A DNA stretch of 64,000 nt, from contig DXZS01000024.1 in the NCBI GenBank assembly GCA_019419505.1, positions 118,477-182,476 of the forward strand. Direction: 5' to 3'. The position numbers and the translations under genes are program-made. Source of the stretch: Collinsella sp. (GTDB taxonomy: Bacteria; Actinomycetota; Coriobacteriia; Coriobacteriales; Coriobacteriaceae). Below are positions 21,861 through 32,509 of this stretch, in pieces. Position 1 is the stretch's first letter. Every line of letters begins with the position of its first letter. Under the pieces are notes generated by a model. The model was not told the origin of the DNA. It saw only the letters and a list, made by a program, of their open reading frames with translations, and ran no database searches.

Positions 21861-23616
21861 ACGTGTCCTCCACGACCTTACCGCCGTCTTGCACGTAAAA
21901 ACACTTCATGCCGTAGTGCTTGCCGTCGTCAGTCACATAGTAGTCAAACGCATCTTGCGTAAAGCCGTCGGAGTTGGTGGCACGCACGCGCACAAAATAC
22001 TGGCCGGCATCGGGCGCATCGCAGGTCACCTCGGGAAGCAGCACGTCCTCGGCCTTAAAGACAACGTCGCTTATGGCATAGTCGCGCGCTAGCTCTACAG
22101 TGTAGCGAATGTCGCGCGCCTTAAAGTCGTAGGACGCATCCCAGTTAATGCGCAGCTTACCGTTATCGATCTGCGGCACGCCGATGTAGAACGGCATGGG
22201 CTTTTTAAAACTCTCGCGAAAGCTCTTGTAGTTCTCCTCGATCTCGGAGGGAATCGCCGCGGCGATCTGCTCGTATTGGTCCTTGGTGACAGGCAGATTG
22301 TCGATATCGGGCGAAGCAAAGACCAGGGATTCAGTCACCTCGCGGTAGTGCTTGATCATCTTGGTCAGGCGAGTCTCGGTCAAATACGAGCGCAAGTCCT
22401 TGACGGCACGGTCGAGTTCGCTGCGGAACGACTTGCTGCGCAACGCGCGGTTAAACAGCACGTTACCCCAGTAGTTGCTTGCGCCGCGCTCCCAGCTCGC
22501 GTAGTCCGAAAACCCGGTAAGAGAAAGCTCCAGCTTACGCAGCATGCCGTCGTTATCCCAATCTAAAAAGTACCAGGTATTTGAGTTAAGCGGGCTGTAC
22601 AGATAGCAGTTACGGTTCTGCGTATCGCAATTTCCCGTCAAGATCTGAAACGCCATCCAATAGACCAGGTTCTCGGTATCGAAGTAGGTGTCGAGCACAT
22701 CGTCGATCTTTTGCGTATCGTCGTTGAGCGCATCGAGCATCTCGATTAACTTGGTATGGTCCGAATCGCCCTTGATCTCGAGCATGCCCTCAAACGCCGT
22801 CTGGTTATAGTCGGGGTCATCCGCCAGCTTAATGGTATCTTCGAAGCGATGGAAATCAAAGCTGTTCACCTTATACAGGTGCCCGCTCTTATCCAGGCCA
22901 TGTGCCTTAAGCGCCGTCTTGTTGAGCTGCTCCACCTGCGTAAACAGTCCGTAGTCCTCAAAGGTGTCGTTAGATTTTTCGGTCTGGTCGCACACCCACA
23001 GGTGCACAAACTGCGTGCGAAGGCCCATCATCTGGGGAATCCCACAAATCAGGTCGTAGGCCATCTTGTTGCGAAAGCGCATGCCCTCGCCCATATGCTT
23101 ATTGAGCGCAATCGCGCGCTGCTGACGCCAGGTGCCCTTACCCTTCTTGAGCTCAACCTTATAATTCTTCTGCGCGTAGCCGCTCGACGTCTGGCCGCGC
23201 ACCTGCACGGTGGCATTGGGCGCTTCCTCGCCATAGCCGACCTCGCCGGCCACCGGGCCGTCTTCGTCGCCCGGCCGCAGCAGGCCCATAACCTGATAGC
23301 GCGTCACGCCCATGCCGGCATAGTCATACACCGAGTACGTGTTGATCTCGGCCCAGCTGTGGTCGGTGTTCTCGGAGCTGTTGCCGCGCGAGACCGTCAG
23401 GTACATGGTCACAATACCCGAGTCGTCGTAGACCTCGTACAGCTCGTCCTTATCGCGCAGGTGCTTAGTCCCGTCCGAGGCCTCGGCCTTTTTGATCTCG
23501 TCCTGCTTTTTGACTTTTTTGGTCGAGGAGTCTTCCTGCACCGAGCAGCCCGAAAGCAACAGCACACCGGCAGCCGCCTCAAACAGACGGCGGCGAGACA
23601 TCATTCTATCGGTCAT
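21847..23616 (-). CDS. CotH-family atypical kinase, predicted Tat-exported lipoprotein
   Basis: VRGQTSS, KNYKVEL, NCDT...NCYLY, DWDND motifs; N-terminus SRRRLF...LLLSGC. Confidence 0.85.
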   Translation of the reverse strand: MTDRMMSRRRLFEAAAGVLLLSGCSVQEDSSTKKVKKQDEIKKAEASDGTKHLRDKDELYEVYDDSGIVTMYLTVSRGNSSENTDHSWAEINTYSVYDYAGMGVTRYQVMGLLRPGDEDGPVAGEVGYGEEAPNATVQVRGQTSSGYAQKNYKVELKKGKGTWRQQRAIALNKHMGEGMRFRNKMAYDLICGIPQMMGLRTQFVHLWVCDQTEKSNDTFEDYGLFTQVEQLNKTALKAHGLDKSGHLYKVNSFDFHRFEDTIKLADDPDYNQTAFEGMLEIKGDSDHTKLIEMLDALNDDTQKIDDVLDTYFDTENLVYWMAFQILTGNCDTQNRNCYLYSPLNSNTWYFLDWDNDGMLRKLELSLTGFSDYASWERGASNYWGNVLFNRALRSKSFRSELDRAVKDLRSYLTETRLTKMIKHYREVTESLVFASPDIDNLPVTKDQYEQIAAAIPSEIEENYKSFRESFKKPMPFYIGVPQIDNGKLRINWDASYDFKARDIRYTVELARDYAISDVVFKAEDVLLPEVTCDAPDAGQYFVRVRATNSDGFTQDAFDYYVTDDGKHYGMKCFYVQDGGKVVEDTYEEG

Positions 23617-25150
23617 CAGGACCTCCCCAATGCTTTTGGTACAAGCGAACCACCGCGCGCTCAAACGCGCCATGCGGCTCGCCCTGCTGACGGCGTTCCT
23701 CATAGCGCTGCTCGGCACGGTCGAGCAAGCGGCCCAGCTGTGTAAAGCGACCCGTTTTGTCGGTCGCCACAATGGGCTGCTGGCTCAGGATACGATACGG
23801 CAAGTTGGCGGTATAGGTATCGAGTCGCAGCAGCGCCACGATAAAAAACACCGCCGCACCCAACAAAAAGCCAAAGCCGTAAAACTGCTGCGGCAAAAGC
23901 AACGACACCGCAGTCGCCAGCCCAGCCACACCGGCAAACAGACCCGAAGCCAGCACGGCCCCCTTATAGTCGGTAAAGTACAGCAAGATAAGCATCACCG
24001 TATTGCCCACGGCATACAGGCCATAGCCCACGCACAGCGTACGAAAATAACCGTGCATCAGGTTGTTAAAGCCCAACGGCAGGGCCGACAGCACCGTGGT
24101 CTCGAGCGAAATGACCGCAGCAGTCACAAACAGCTGCTTGAGCGCACAAAAGCGCAGTTCTCGATTGAGCGTGGCAAGCATTTCCTCCTCGGCCACCACA
24201 ATGTCGCCCACCACGCCACCGTCGTTGAACAGGCTGTAGTAGTCGCGATAGCGCGGATAAAAGTTGACCTCGACCGAGACCACAAAGTTGACGGACGTGA
24301 CCAGGATCGTCAAAAACGCGATGAGCGCCGGCACATCGTGGTAGGGCGCACCATAAAACAAGCCCTTGACCTGCACGCCAATGGGACCGGCCCAAATTAT
24401 CACCAAGTGCGCAAAGAGACCCAGGTTGGTAAACAAGCCCGTGAGCGCCAGCGGCATAAACTGATCGAGCCACTGCAAAAAGAGCCAGGGGCTGCGGTCG
24501 CTCTGAGGAAAATAACGGTACAGCAGCACCACGTCCCAGGCGAGCATGACGCCGTAGCCCAGAGCAATTGACGCCAACAGGCCCTCGACCGGCGGCAGTC
24601 CCAGCGCCAGCGCGGCCAGGGCGCACAGGCACGCCACGCCAATGGCAGCCGCAAAGCTGCATAGGATACCGCGGTAATCCTTGATGGCCGTGAGGTAACT
24701 CATGCCGTTCCAGTTGACGATCATAATGTTGAACAGCCACAGGCACAGCAGCCCCTGCAGCAGCGTGGCGCCCGAGAACAGCAGGAAGACGCCGTAGAGC
24801 ACCGTGCCCGCAACGAGCATGACAGCATTGGAGCCCCAAAACGAGGGCAGAATCTCGTCCTCGCGCTCGGCAAACAACATATCAGCCAAAAAGCGCGTGA
24901 CCGGCATGGAGAAAAAGCTCGTGAGCGTGAGCGACGCCAGCAGCGTATAGGTCACCATGCACACCAGCAGGTCTTGGTTGGCGCGTCCCACGCCCCACAG
25001 ACCGCACAGCACCAAGATACCCACCTGGAGCAGCACGCCCAGCAGCATCGGGCCCGTGCACACAATGCCGGCGTAGCCATAGGCGCGCATCGTGGCAAAC
25101 AGGCCCTTGCGCCTAAACAGGCGCTTGAGCTCAAAACCGATTCCGGCCAC
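23606..25150 (-). CDS. pelG: Pel exopolysaccharide transporter PelG
   Basis: MAGIGFELKRLF N-terminus; multi-TM; adjacent to pelF. Confidence 0.93.
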   Translation of the reverse strand: MAGIGFELKRLFRRKGLFATMRAYGYAGIVCTGPMLLGVLLQVGILVLCGLWGVGRANQDLLVCMVTYTLLASLTLTSFFSMPVTRFLADMLFAEREDEILPSFWGSNAVMLVAGTVLYGVFLLFSGATLLQGLLCLWLFNIMIVNWNGMSYLTAIKDYRGILCSFAAAIGVACLCALAALALGLPPVEGLLASIALGYGVMLAWDVVLLYRYFPQSDRSPWLFLQWLDQFMPLALTGLFTNLGLFAHLVIIWAGPIGVQVKGLFYGAPYHDVPALIAFLTILVTSVNFVVSVEVNFYPRYRDYYSLFNDGGVVGDIVVAEEEMLATLNRELRFCALKQLFVTAAVISLETTVLSALPLGFNNLMHGYFRTLCVGYGLYAVGNTVMLILLYFTDYKGAVLASGLFAGVAGLATAVSLLLPQQFYGFGFLLGAAVFFIVALLRLDTYTANLPYRILSQQPIVATDKTGRFTQLGRLLDRAEQRYEERRQQGEPHGAFERAVVRLYQKHWGGPDDR

Positions 25151-25153
25151 CGG

Positions 25154-26581
25154 CTACTCCCCCTCTCTGGGCAGGTCAAACGCTTGCGCCGTCACGTCGT
25201 ACAGCGCGCGATAGTTGGCGAGCATCTGCTCGTGCAAAAAGTACGTGGCAACGCGACGCTTGCCTCGCTCCCCCATCTCAATGCGACGGGCGCGGCTTGT
25301 GCACATGCGTTCCATGGCATCGGCCAAGCCCTTGCGATACATAGGCGGCGTCACAAAACCTGCCACGCCAAAGTCATCGCCCGGAGCGCCTTCGAGCAAC
25401 TCACGGCAGCAGCCCACCTCGGTCGTCACGCAGGGACGACACGCGGCAAGCGACTCCAGCACGCTGAGCGGCTGGCCCTCGGAGATGCTCGTCAAAATGG
25501 TAAAGTCGAGCTTTTCCATGTACTCGACCACGTTGACGCGGCCGGTAAAGATCAGGTCGCGCACGCCCAGGGTTTCGACCAGCGCGTGGCACTCGGCGCC
25601 GTACTCTTCGTCGTCCACGCCGCCCATGATGTGCAGGCGCACCTTGGGCAGGCGCTCGTGCAGCTCAAAAAAGGCATAGATCATAGTCTTGACGTCCTTG
25701 ATGGGCGCCAGGCGCACCACCGCGCCAATGTCCACCCAGCCGTCATCGGGCTTTAAGGGAATGTCCTTAAAGCAGTCGAACTGGATGCCGTTGGGGATGA
25801 CCAGACATTTGTCTGCATCGCAACCCATATCGATCTGCGTCTTGCGGGCGTTATGGAACAAACTCGTCACGCGGAAGGCGCGGCGGTAGATCTCCTCCGA
25901 AAGCAGGTAGAAAAAGCGAATCCATCGGTCCTTAAACGACGGCACCACCCAGTCGGCGCGAATGATCTCTTCCTCGCGCTCGCGGGTATAGATGCCGTGC
26001 TCGGTGAGCAGCACCGGCGCATGGTGAACGCTTGAGCCCAGGCAGGCGAGCAGGCCGCCGTAGCCGGTCGAGATAGCGTGGTACACATCGGCAACCGGCA
26101 CCTCGCTGCCCAGCAGGTAGAGCACCGGCAACAGCATAGAGCGCATGGTGTGGAATGCGTCGGCGAAGGGCGTGTAGGGGTACTCGGCAAGGCACACGTC
26201 GCGGAAGATATCCATAAACGTGCGGCTCTGCAAAAACGAGAGCGGATGCACGCGACGGCGCTGGAAGATATCGAACAGCACGTCCCAGTCCGGATTGGAG
26301 AGCGACACCAGGCGGCGTAGCGCCTCGCGCTCGCGGTCGTTAAAACTGGCTTCATGTTGCTCGCCCGAAAGCCGCAGGGCATCGTCCAGGAACACCTCGT
26401 GCACCTCGACCACGTTGCTGGGCAGCTCGTAGACAAATTTGCCGCGGTCGGCAGCATGCGCGCCAATCACCCACAGCACGAACTCGTGCTCGGGCATGGC
26501 CTGGATATAGCCATGCATCCAGGTAGATACGCCGCCGTGCACATAAGGGTAGCAACCCTCGAGTACCAAGCAGATTCTCAT
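25154..26581 (-). CDS. pelF: GT4 glycosyltransferase PelF
   Basis: EGCYPYVHGGVSTW, STGYGG, LTEHGIYTRER, SISEGQP. Confidence 0.95.
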   Translation of the reverse strand: MRICLVLEGCYPYVHGGVSTWMHGYIQAMPEHEFVLWVIGAHAADRGKFVYELPSNVVEVHEVFLDDALRLSGEQHEASFNDREREALRRLVSLSNPDWDVLFDIFQRRRVHPLSFLQSRTFMDIFRDVCLAEYPYTPFADAFHTMRSMLLPVLYLLGSEVPVADVYHAISTGYGGLLACLGSSVHHAPVLLTEHGIYTREREEEIIRADWVVPSFKDRWIRFFYLLSEEIYRRAFRVTSLFHNARKTQIDMGCDADKCLVIPNGIQFDCFKDIPLKPDDGWVDIGAVVRLAPIKDVKTMIYAFFELHERLPKVRLHIMGGVDDEEYGAECHALVETLGVRDLIFTGRVNVVEYMEKLDFTILTSISEGQPLSVLESLAACRPCVTTEVGCCRELLEGAPGDDFGVAGFVTPPMYRKGLADAMERMCTSRARRIEMGERGKRRVATYFLHEQMLANYRALYDVTAQAFDLPREGE

Positions 26582-28458
26582 CTGTCGCCACCCTCCTTGC
26601 GCTCGATCGTCAGGGTATTATCATTTGCCTTGAGCAGATACAGATCGCCCGTAAGGTGCGTCAGTTCGCCACCCGTCACCGCACCCGGCTCGCCATTATT
26701 GGCGCGGAACATGAGCCACGCCTCGTCGTGGAAATTGCCCAGGCTGAGCGTCCAGGCATCCGCACCGGTATCCACGCTCACCGTAACCGACGAAAAGCGC
26801 TGAATGGCACCGGAGCACTCCGACGCCGTCTGGCGGCGCAGGTCGGGCGCAGACTTGGTAAGCCAGTCCAGGTAGTCGGTCAGGCCGCCCTTGTAGACTT
26901 CCCAGCCCTCCTTGGCGCCGCGATCGGGATCGAGCAGGTCGTCCGGGTGCATAAAGTGCGTACTCACGTAGTGCATGTTGAGCTCGGACACGGCAGCCAG
27001 GCGCATATAGGAATCGTCGACCATGCCGCCCGAGACAATACGCGGCTGCTCCACAATACCATCGCTCGCCACGCCAAACTCCTGCACGTACGGCAGGTCG
27101 GTACCGTCCTCAAAATACGTACTGGCAATAGTCTTAATGCGCGGAACATCGGTGCCGATAAGCTGGCGCGCGCGGGCCGAAAGGATATTCGACGGTGGCA
27201 CGTAGACCGAGCCGTGCGCGTTGGGCAGCACCTCGTCCTGGAAGGCTATAAGCTCGTTGAGCGAAGCGACGAGCGTTTCCTTGTTCTTCCAGGTCTTGTA
27301 GTCATACAGCGTGCCATAGTCGGTATCCCAGAGCGCCAGAGGCTGATGGTTGTAGCCGTGAAAGCCCAGCTCTCCGCCCATCTGCAGCAGCATGCCGCCA
27401 AAATAGCGGAACTGCGTGGTATCGGCCTGGCGCGCGGGCTCGGTCTGGTTGACCGCGTCCTCGTAGTTTTCGATCATCACGCCGGTATAGCGAATGCCGT
27501 ATTTTTGCGCAAGCTTTTGCAGATCGGGCCACCAGACCTTGGTGTAAAAATCCGCAATGGAAAGGCCGTAGTCACGCTTGATATAAGTACCATCGCCCGA
27601 GGGCACGGGGCTAGGAAAGTCGTCCAAATAGAACACGGCGCTGTTGATGACCGGATAGGCCGAGGCATCACCCAGCAAGCTTATGGCCGAAGCATAGAAC
27701 CCACGCATGACCTTGTCGTAGATACCAATGTTGCAAACCACGGTGTGACCACTGCCGCAATCGTTAGACCAAATGAGCGGCGTGCCCGCGTCACCGGTCT
27801 TTGCCCATACGTGCGCCGTTTCGCGCAATGAAACCGAAAGCGAAGAATCGAAGGGATCCGAGAACTCGTAGCGCTCTCCTCCGCCCAACATAAAGTCATC
27901 GCTCGGCACAATGCTTTCGGCTTTCGCATAGTCATATCCGGCCGATTCGATCCCAAGCTTGGAAGCAATAGCCTGCAGGCAGTTCGAGTTATCTGGCGTC
28001 ATGCCCAGCATGAGTGAGCCGCCCACACTCACCCAACTCATCAGATCGGTCAGATGCGTACCCAGTCCGTCAAGCGAGGGCATAAGCACAATCACGCGAT
28101 CAAACGACGTGAGCGATGGGATCGCGTCCGCACCGTCGGTGGCAATATCAACATCGCGATGGGCGATCTTCATGTCGAGCAGGATCTGGTCGAACTGTTC
28201 CTTTACGTCCTCGACGCCAGCTTGATCGGAATCGGTAATGACCAGGCACGTGGGCTTTTGGCCAAAGATTGCCGAGGAGGCCGGCACCGCATCGTTGGCG
28301 GCCAGCATCCCCAGCTTATGCTGGCCCGCACTGTACTGCACGCCGGCACGCTCCACCAGCAGCACAGCGGCCATGACAATAAAGACCGCCCACACCACGA
28401 GGAGTCCCATCCAACGAAAGCGCCCTGCACGGTCGCGGATATGTTGCGCCACGCTCAT
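26578..28458 (-). CDS. DUF2194 protein, PelA-deacetylase-like
   Basis: YLDDFPSP, GFHGYNHQPL, YVPPSN, HFMHPDD CE4-like motifs; N-terminal TM. Confidence 0.8.
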   Translation of the reverse strand: MSVAQHIRDRAGRFRWMGLLVVWAVFIVMAAVLLVERAGVQYSAGQHKLGMLAANDAVPASSAIFGQKPTCLVITDSDQAGVEDVKEQFDQILLDMKIAHRDVDIATDGADAIPSLTSFDRVIVLMPSLDGLGTHLTDLMSWVSVGGSLMLGMTPDNSNCLQAIASKLGIESAGYDYAKAESIVPSDDFMLGGGERYEFSDPFDSSLSVSLRETAHVWAKTGDAGTPLIWSNDCGSGHTVVCNIGIYDKVMRGFYASAISLLGDASAYPVINSAVFYLDDFPSPVPSGDGTYIKRDYGLSIADFYTKVWWPDLQKLAQKYGIRYTGVMIENYEDAVNQTEPARQADTTQFRYFGGMLLQMGGELGFHGYNHQPLALWDTDYGTLYDYKTWKNKETLVASLNELIAFQDEVLPNAHGSVYVPPSNILSARARQLIGTDVPRIKTIASTYFEDGTDLPYVQEFGVASDGIVEQPRIVSGGMVDDSYMRLAAVSELNMHYVSTHFMHPDDLLDPDRGAKEGWEVYKGGLTDYLDWLTKSAPDLRRQTASECSGAIQRFSSVTVSVDTGADAWTLSLGNFHDEAWLMFRANNGEPGAVTGGELTHLTGDLYLLKANDNTLTIERKEGGDR

Positions 28459-29360
28459 CTGGCCTCCTCCCCGTCGCGCCAAAACGCCAACTTTTCGCGG
28501 TTGTCGGCGCTCAAATACACATGTTGCTTGTCAATCGCATCGATCACACGGTGGACCTCGTCACCGTCGCGGCGCATCACGGCCAGGCGCAGGCAAAGCA
28601 TCCAAACCTCCTGCTCCTCGGGCACGTCTATCACCAGCTGGTCGGTCACGGCCTGCGCCTCGTCGATCTGTCCGACATCGGCCAGCGCCGTCGCGTATCG
28701 AATGCGCAGCTCAAGGGTATCCTCGCGCTCGCAGCGACGCGCAAGCAGGCGCGCGTACTGTTGGCGCTGAATCTGAGCCACGCGCCCCTCAGCCAAGCCC
28801 GAGCACAAGTATTCACCAAGAAAATCGCAGTATTCGTTGAGGTTTTGAGCGCTCGGGTCCGTCTTAAAGGCACGCTCCAGCTGCTGCAGTTTAAGGTCGG
28901 ACTCCTTGGAGATCTGCGCCACCGCCGTCGCGGCATAGTGCGCCACCTCAACGTCGTCGTTAAGCTTAGCCGCCTGCAGCTGCGCCAGGTACGCGTCGGG
29001 CTCCTCGGTGAGCATGGAGAGCATTAGGCGGCGCCGGTATGCCGGGTCGTTGACGATGAGTGCCTCCTCGAGCGGCACTACGCCTGAATCGTCCTCACCA
29101 CTCGGTACCGACATACTGCGATGCAGGTCATCGTTGAAGCGCAGCGACTCCAGCGCAGACCCTTTCAGCCCCTCGCCAAACACCGCGCTGCACACCGATA
29201 GCAAAACCACCAGCAACGGGCCCCACAGCGGCACCAGCACTATCACAGCCAGCATGTGCCCGCGCACCGGCAGCAGGCCCAGTTTCATGAGCGTCCACAG
29301 CATCAGGCAAACCAGCGCATGAATCAGCAGCAAGACGGCAGCAACGACAAGCGAGATCAA
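28455..29360 (-). CDS. PelE-like membrane-anchored TPR/helical protein
   Basis: Two N-terminal TMs, VVPLEEALIVND, NDDVEVAHYAATA; position between pelD-like and deacetylase genes. Confidence 0.75.
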   Translation of the reverse strand: MISLVVAAVLLLIHALVCLMLWTLMKLGLLPVRGHMLAVIVLVPLWGPLLVVLLSVCSAVFGEGLKGSALESLRFNDDLHRSMSVPSGEDDSGVVPLEEALIVNDPAYRRRLMLSMLTEEPDAYLAQLQAAKLNDDVEVAHYAATAVAQISKESDLKLQQLERAFKTDPSAQNLNEYCDFLGEYLCSGLAEGRVAQIQRQQYARLLARRCEREDTLELRIRYATALADVGQIDEAQAVTDQLVIDVPEEQEVWMLCLRLAVMRRDGDEVHRVIDAIDKQHVYLSADNREKLAFWRDGEEAR

Positions 29361-31494
29361 GCGGCACCCCCCTCACCGTCACCGGTGTAAGAGATGTGCT
29401 GCAGCAGCTCCACGATGTCCTCGCCGTCGACGGGCTCCACCGCAATCTGCTTTGCGCTCAGGCGCTCGCGGATAATGGGCAGATCGCATGCCTTTGCCTG
29501 GCGCATAAGCAGGTAGAGCACGTCGCCGTCGACCAAGCCCGCCGCGTCGCTCTCGCGGATTGCCGACCCAATTGCGCCCACCAGCTCGCCGACAGGCTCC
29601 ATGCCCGGTACCACGCGCAGGAGCAAAAACTCCCCATCTTGCTATCTGCCAGCGCCTGCTCCGCCGCGAGCTCTTGGCCAAAGGCAGCCTGCTTGAGCAC
29701 GCAAGTGCCGTCAACACAGCGTTTATCCTGCGCCACCGCCTCATAGTCAAAGGCACGGCCCAGCGCGCTTTCGACCAACCCGCACAAGATGCGGAACAGG
29801 TTTTGATAATAGAGGGTCATTTGGTTTTCGGCCGCACTACGCACAAAGATCAACACAGCGGGTGCCCCGTCGCGCTCGATCGTGTATCCAAACATGGGAA
29901 GCCCCGGCGTCAGCTCGCGGTTCACCCACAGGTTCGAACGACCCCCGTCGCCCAAAAGAGGTGCAAGCTGCTCAAGCGTGAGCGAGCGCGCGGCATCTTC
30001 GGCAATCGCGGGACTTGCTGCCACCAGGCGCGCAAATGCCCCGCCCGAAACATGGTAGATCGCCACCGAATCGTTCTCGAGGATCTCGCCCAAAAGCTCG
30101 CAGCACTTGCGATAGATGTCGCGTGGGTTGAATACGTCGAGCTCCTGCGTCACGGCAAAGATCTTGCCAAAGCTGTCGTGGCGACCCACGATCTGGCGCC
30201 TGTACGCGCGCTTGTCCTCGATCGCGTCGTGGTAGAGCTGCGTAAGGAACGTATTGCGGTTGCGCACGAGCTCGTTTTGATCGCGCTCCGCCCTAATGGC
30301 TTCGCTGTTGCGCAGCTGCACATAGCCGCACACGGCACCCACAACAAAGTACGCAATAAACGGCAGCCAGTTAGACGGCTCGTAAAAGAGACCCTGGAAG
30401 GTATAGCCATACTGGGTAAAGTAGCTCGCGGCCAAACCCACCGACGCCAGCAGCGCCGCAACCAGGCCAAAGTCCAAGCCATACAGCGTGCCGATCAACA
30501 CCACGAAGAGCAGGCGATAATCGAGCACGTTGAGCTGGGCCGATTGGGAGAACAGGTGCTCCAGCACCTCGAAAAGGACCCAGGCGGCTGCCGTCTCCAG
30601 ACATTTAATAGGCAGCGCGCGCATTTGGATGCGGTCGATGGCGGCACGCAAGGGGTTGACCTTCTTCGCGCGACCGGCATCCCAACGAGCCTGAATGGTC
30701 GAAAGATCGCGCATCAGGTCGTAGCGCTGAAACCAACCATAACGAACGCGAACGATGTCGCTGACGGGCATGGCGTAGCCAGCAGAATCGCCATAGGCAA
30801 CCGAGAGCCCTAGGAACAGCGCCTTGAGAGCCTCGCCCACCTCACCCGCCGTGTGATGGAAGGTATCGGCAATATCGAGCGTCTCAAAGTTACCATCCCA
30901 GCTATCGAAGATACGGCGTACCAGCACCGCAAGCTCCTCGGCACACAGCAGGGGAAACGCCGCATCCTGCGCGCCCTGCAGAGCAACCGATCCGGTTGAG
31001 CACGCGTCGAACAGCGGCACCAAAAACGGGTCCTCCAGCGCGGCAGACGCGGTATACAGGAACGGCACGCGCAGGATCTTGGCCTGAACGCCCTCGCGAG
31101 CAGCGTAGTAGCGGCACAGGTCGTTGGCTGCGTGCGCGATAATGCCCTTGCCCGTTCGCCCCGCGGCATCGGCGGCGCCCTCGGCACCCGCGGGTCCCGC
31201 TACATACAGCAGTTGGACCCGGCGACCCGCGCACGCACGAAAGACCGTGCGCAGCAGCTCGATATCGCCCACGGAGTCGGTATGCGGGGTAAGGTAATTA
31301 GACAGGTAGACCACGCGGTCGAACTCGTAGGCCTGCTCCAAGTGCTGGAGGAGCTCTTTCCACGAAGCATGAGGCGACGACTCATCGCGGCGCGCTTCCG
31401 CAGCGGCGACGACCTTAACGTGGTCCCCGGGGAACGCCTTGGCGCAAAAGTCATCGTCAACATATGCGGTGTTGCCAACAACCAGCACCTCCAT
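29357..31494 (-). pseudogene. PelD-like protein (epimerase-like N-terminus, TM region, GAF, degenerate GGDEF), frameshifted near 29625-29629
   Basis: The 678-aa ORF goes off-register after SKMGSF. The natural-looking C-terminus (LLRVV...IRESDAAG...LLMRQA) continues in the 29357-29626 frame and overlaps the next start. One extra T in the T5 run restores the frame. Confidence 0.75.
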
Positions 31495-31643
31495 AGCGCA
31501 CCCCTCCCCTAAAATCCACTTTAGTCATAGTCAAACATGCGTATTTTACGCTGTCAACGCGAGCTGGGGCGCCTTTAAGGCTGTTTTAAGAACTTTTTTA
31601 GGGGATGTGGGGACATCGAGAGTGCTAAATGAGCACCCAATCC

Positions 31644-31764
31644 AGAAGTGCGGTGAAAAACCGAGATCTGTCAAACAGGCCCCTGTTTTGAGCATCCGCG
31701 ACCTGCAGTTTTGTTGGCAAAAATCGGTGTGCGCTCGGCGAGTTTCGATTTTCCCCGCACTTCT
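31644..31764. repeat. Palindrome related to REP-like family A at the left edge of the defence island
   Basis: AGAAGTGCGGTGAAAAACCGA...TCGATTTTCCCCGCACTTCT. Confidence 0.6.
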
Positions 31765-31839
31765 CCTACGCACCGGACTCGCAATAGCGCAGTACAATCC
31801 GCCAATCGCACTAACCGGAAAGCCAATCCAGCGACTCGC

Positions 31840-32508
31840 CTAGCCAACCAGATACGGCCCGATTACATCGAAAATTTCGCCCACCTTAGTTGCAGGGTTT
31901 TGCGCAGATGGCTTAATGTTACCCAGTTCCCTATGGTACGCGACGAGGCGCCCAGCACGCTGCAATGCTTCGCCTCGCCTATCATCCACTGCCCCAAACA
32001 TCCCGTCCAGGTTCTTGCGGTACTCGATGCCCAAGTTCTTCGACATCTCCTGCGCGAGGGCATGCTGGCAGTCGGACGCGGACATATGCGCGGTCGTGTA
32101 GCGAAAGTGCAAAAGCGGCCACAGCTCGAAGCAGGGGTTCGACCACAACGCATGGAAGGTCCTCGAACCATCGGAGAGCTCGTCACATTTGCGCTTCATC
32201 GCATCAAAGTCGGACGCAGGAAAGTCATCCTTGTCATACACGAGCCACACGTGATCGAACGTCTCGGGCGCATAGCGACAGTGTTCGACGGCGAAGTCAA
32301 GCAGGTCAAGCGTGTGTCTGCCGGTCCCCTTAACGACAATGGCAACCTTGCGCTCGTTCGCCGCGCCCAACGCCGCACGCACGCCCTCAAAGTAGCGAGG
32401 CTCGGTCTCCTTGCCCTCGCTCACTACAAGATGACGCGTCATCTGAACCATGCGCGAGCGGCCCTCTCGCTTGCCGCTACGCCAGCCCTTCGACTTCTTC
32501 GCCACCAT
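31840..32508 (-). CDS. rloB: RloB-family protein (Toprim-like, abortive-infection associated)
   Basis: VSEGKETEPRYF, VYDKD, SNPCFELW.LLHF, NPAT motifs. Confidence 0.88.
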   Translation of the reverse strand: MVAKKSKGWRSGKREGRSRMVQMTRHLVVSEGKETEPRYFEGVRAALGAANERKVAIVVKGTGRHTLDLLDFAVEHCRYAPETFDHVWLVYDKDDFPASDFDAMKRKCDELSDGSRTFHALWSNPCFELWPLLHFRYTTAHMSASDCQHALAQEMSKNLGIEYRKNLDGMFGAVDDRRGEALQRAGRLVAYHRELGNIKPSAQNPATKVGEIFDVIGPYLVG

Positions 32509-32509
32509 G

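Noticed and set aside
31495..31640. c-di-GMP riboswitch upstream of the pel-like operon
   Set aside because: No GEMM-like motif recognised; only a TTGACA and a short GCGTA-N3-TACGC palindrome without a convincing -10.
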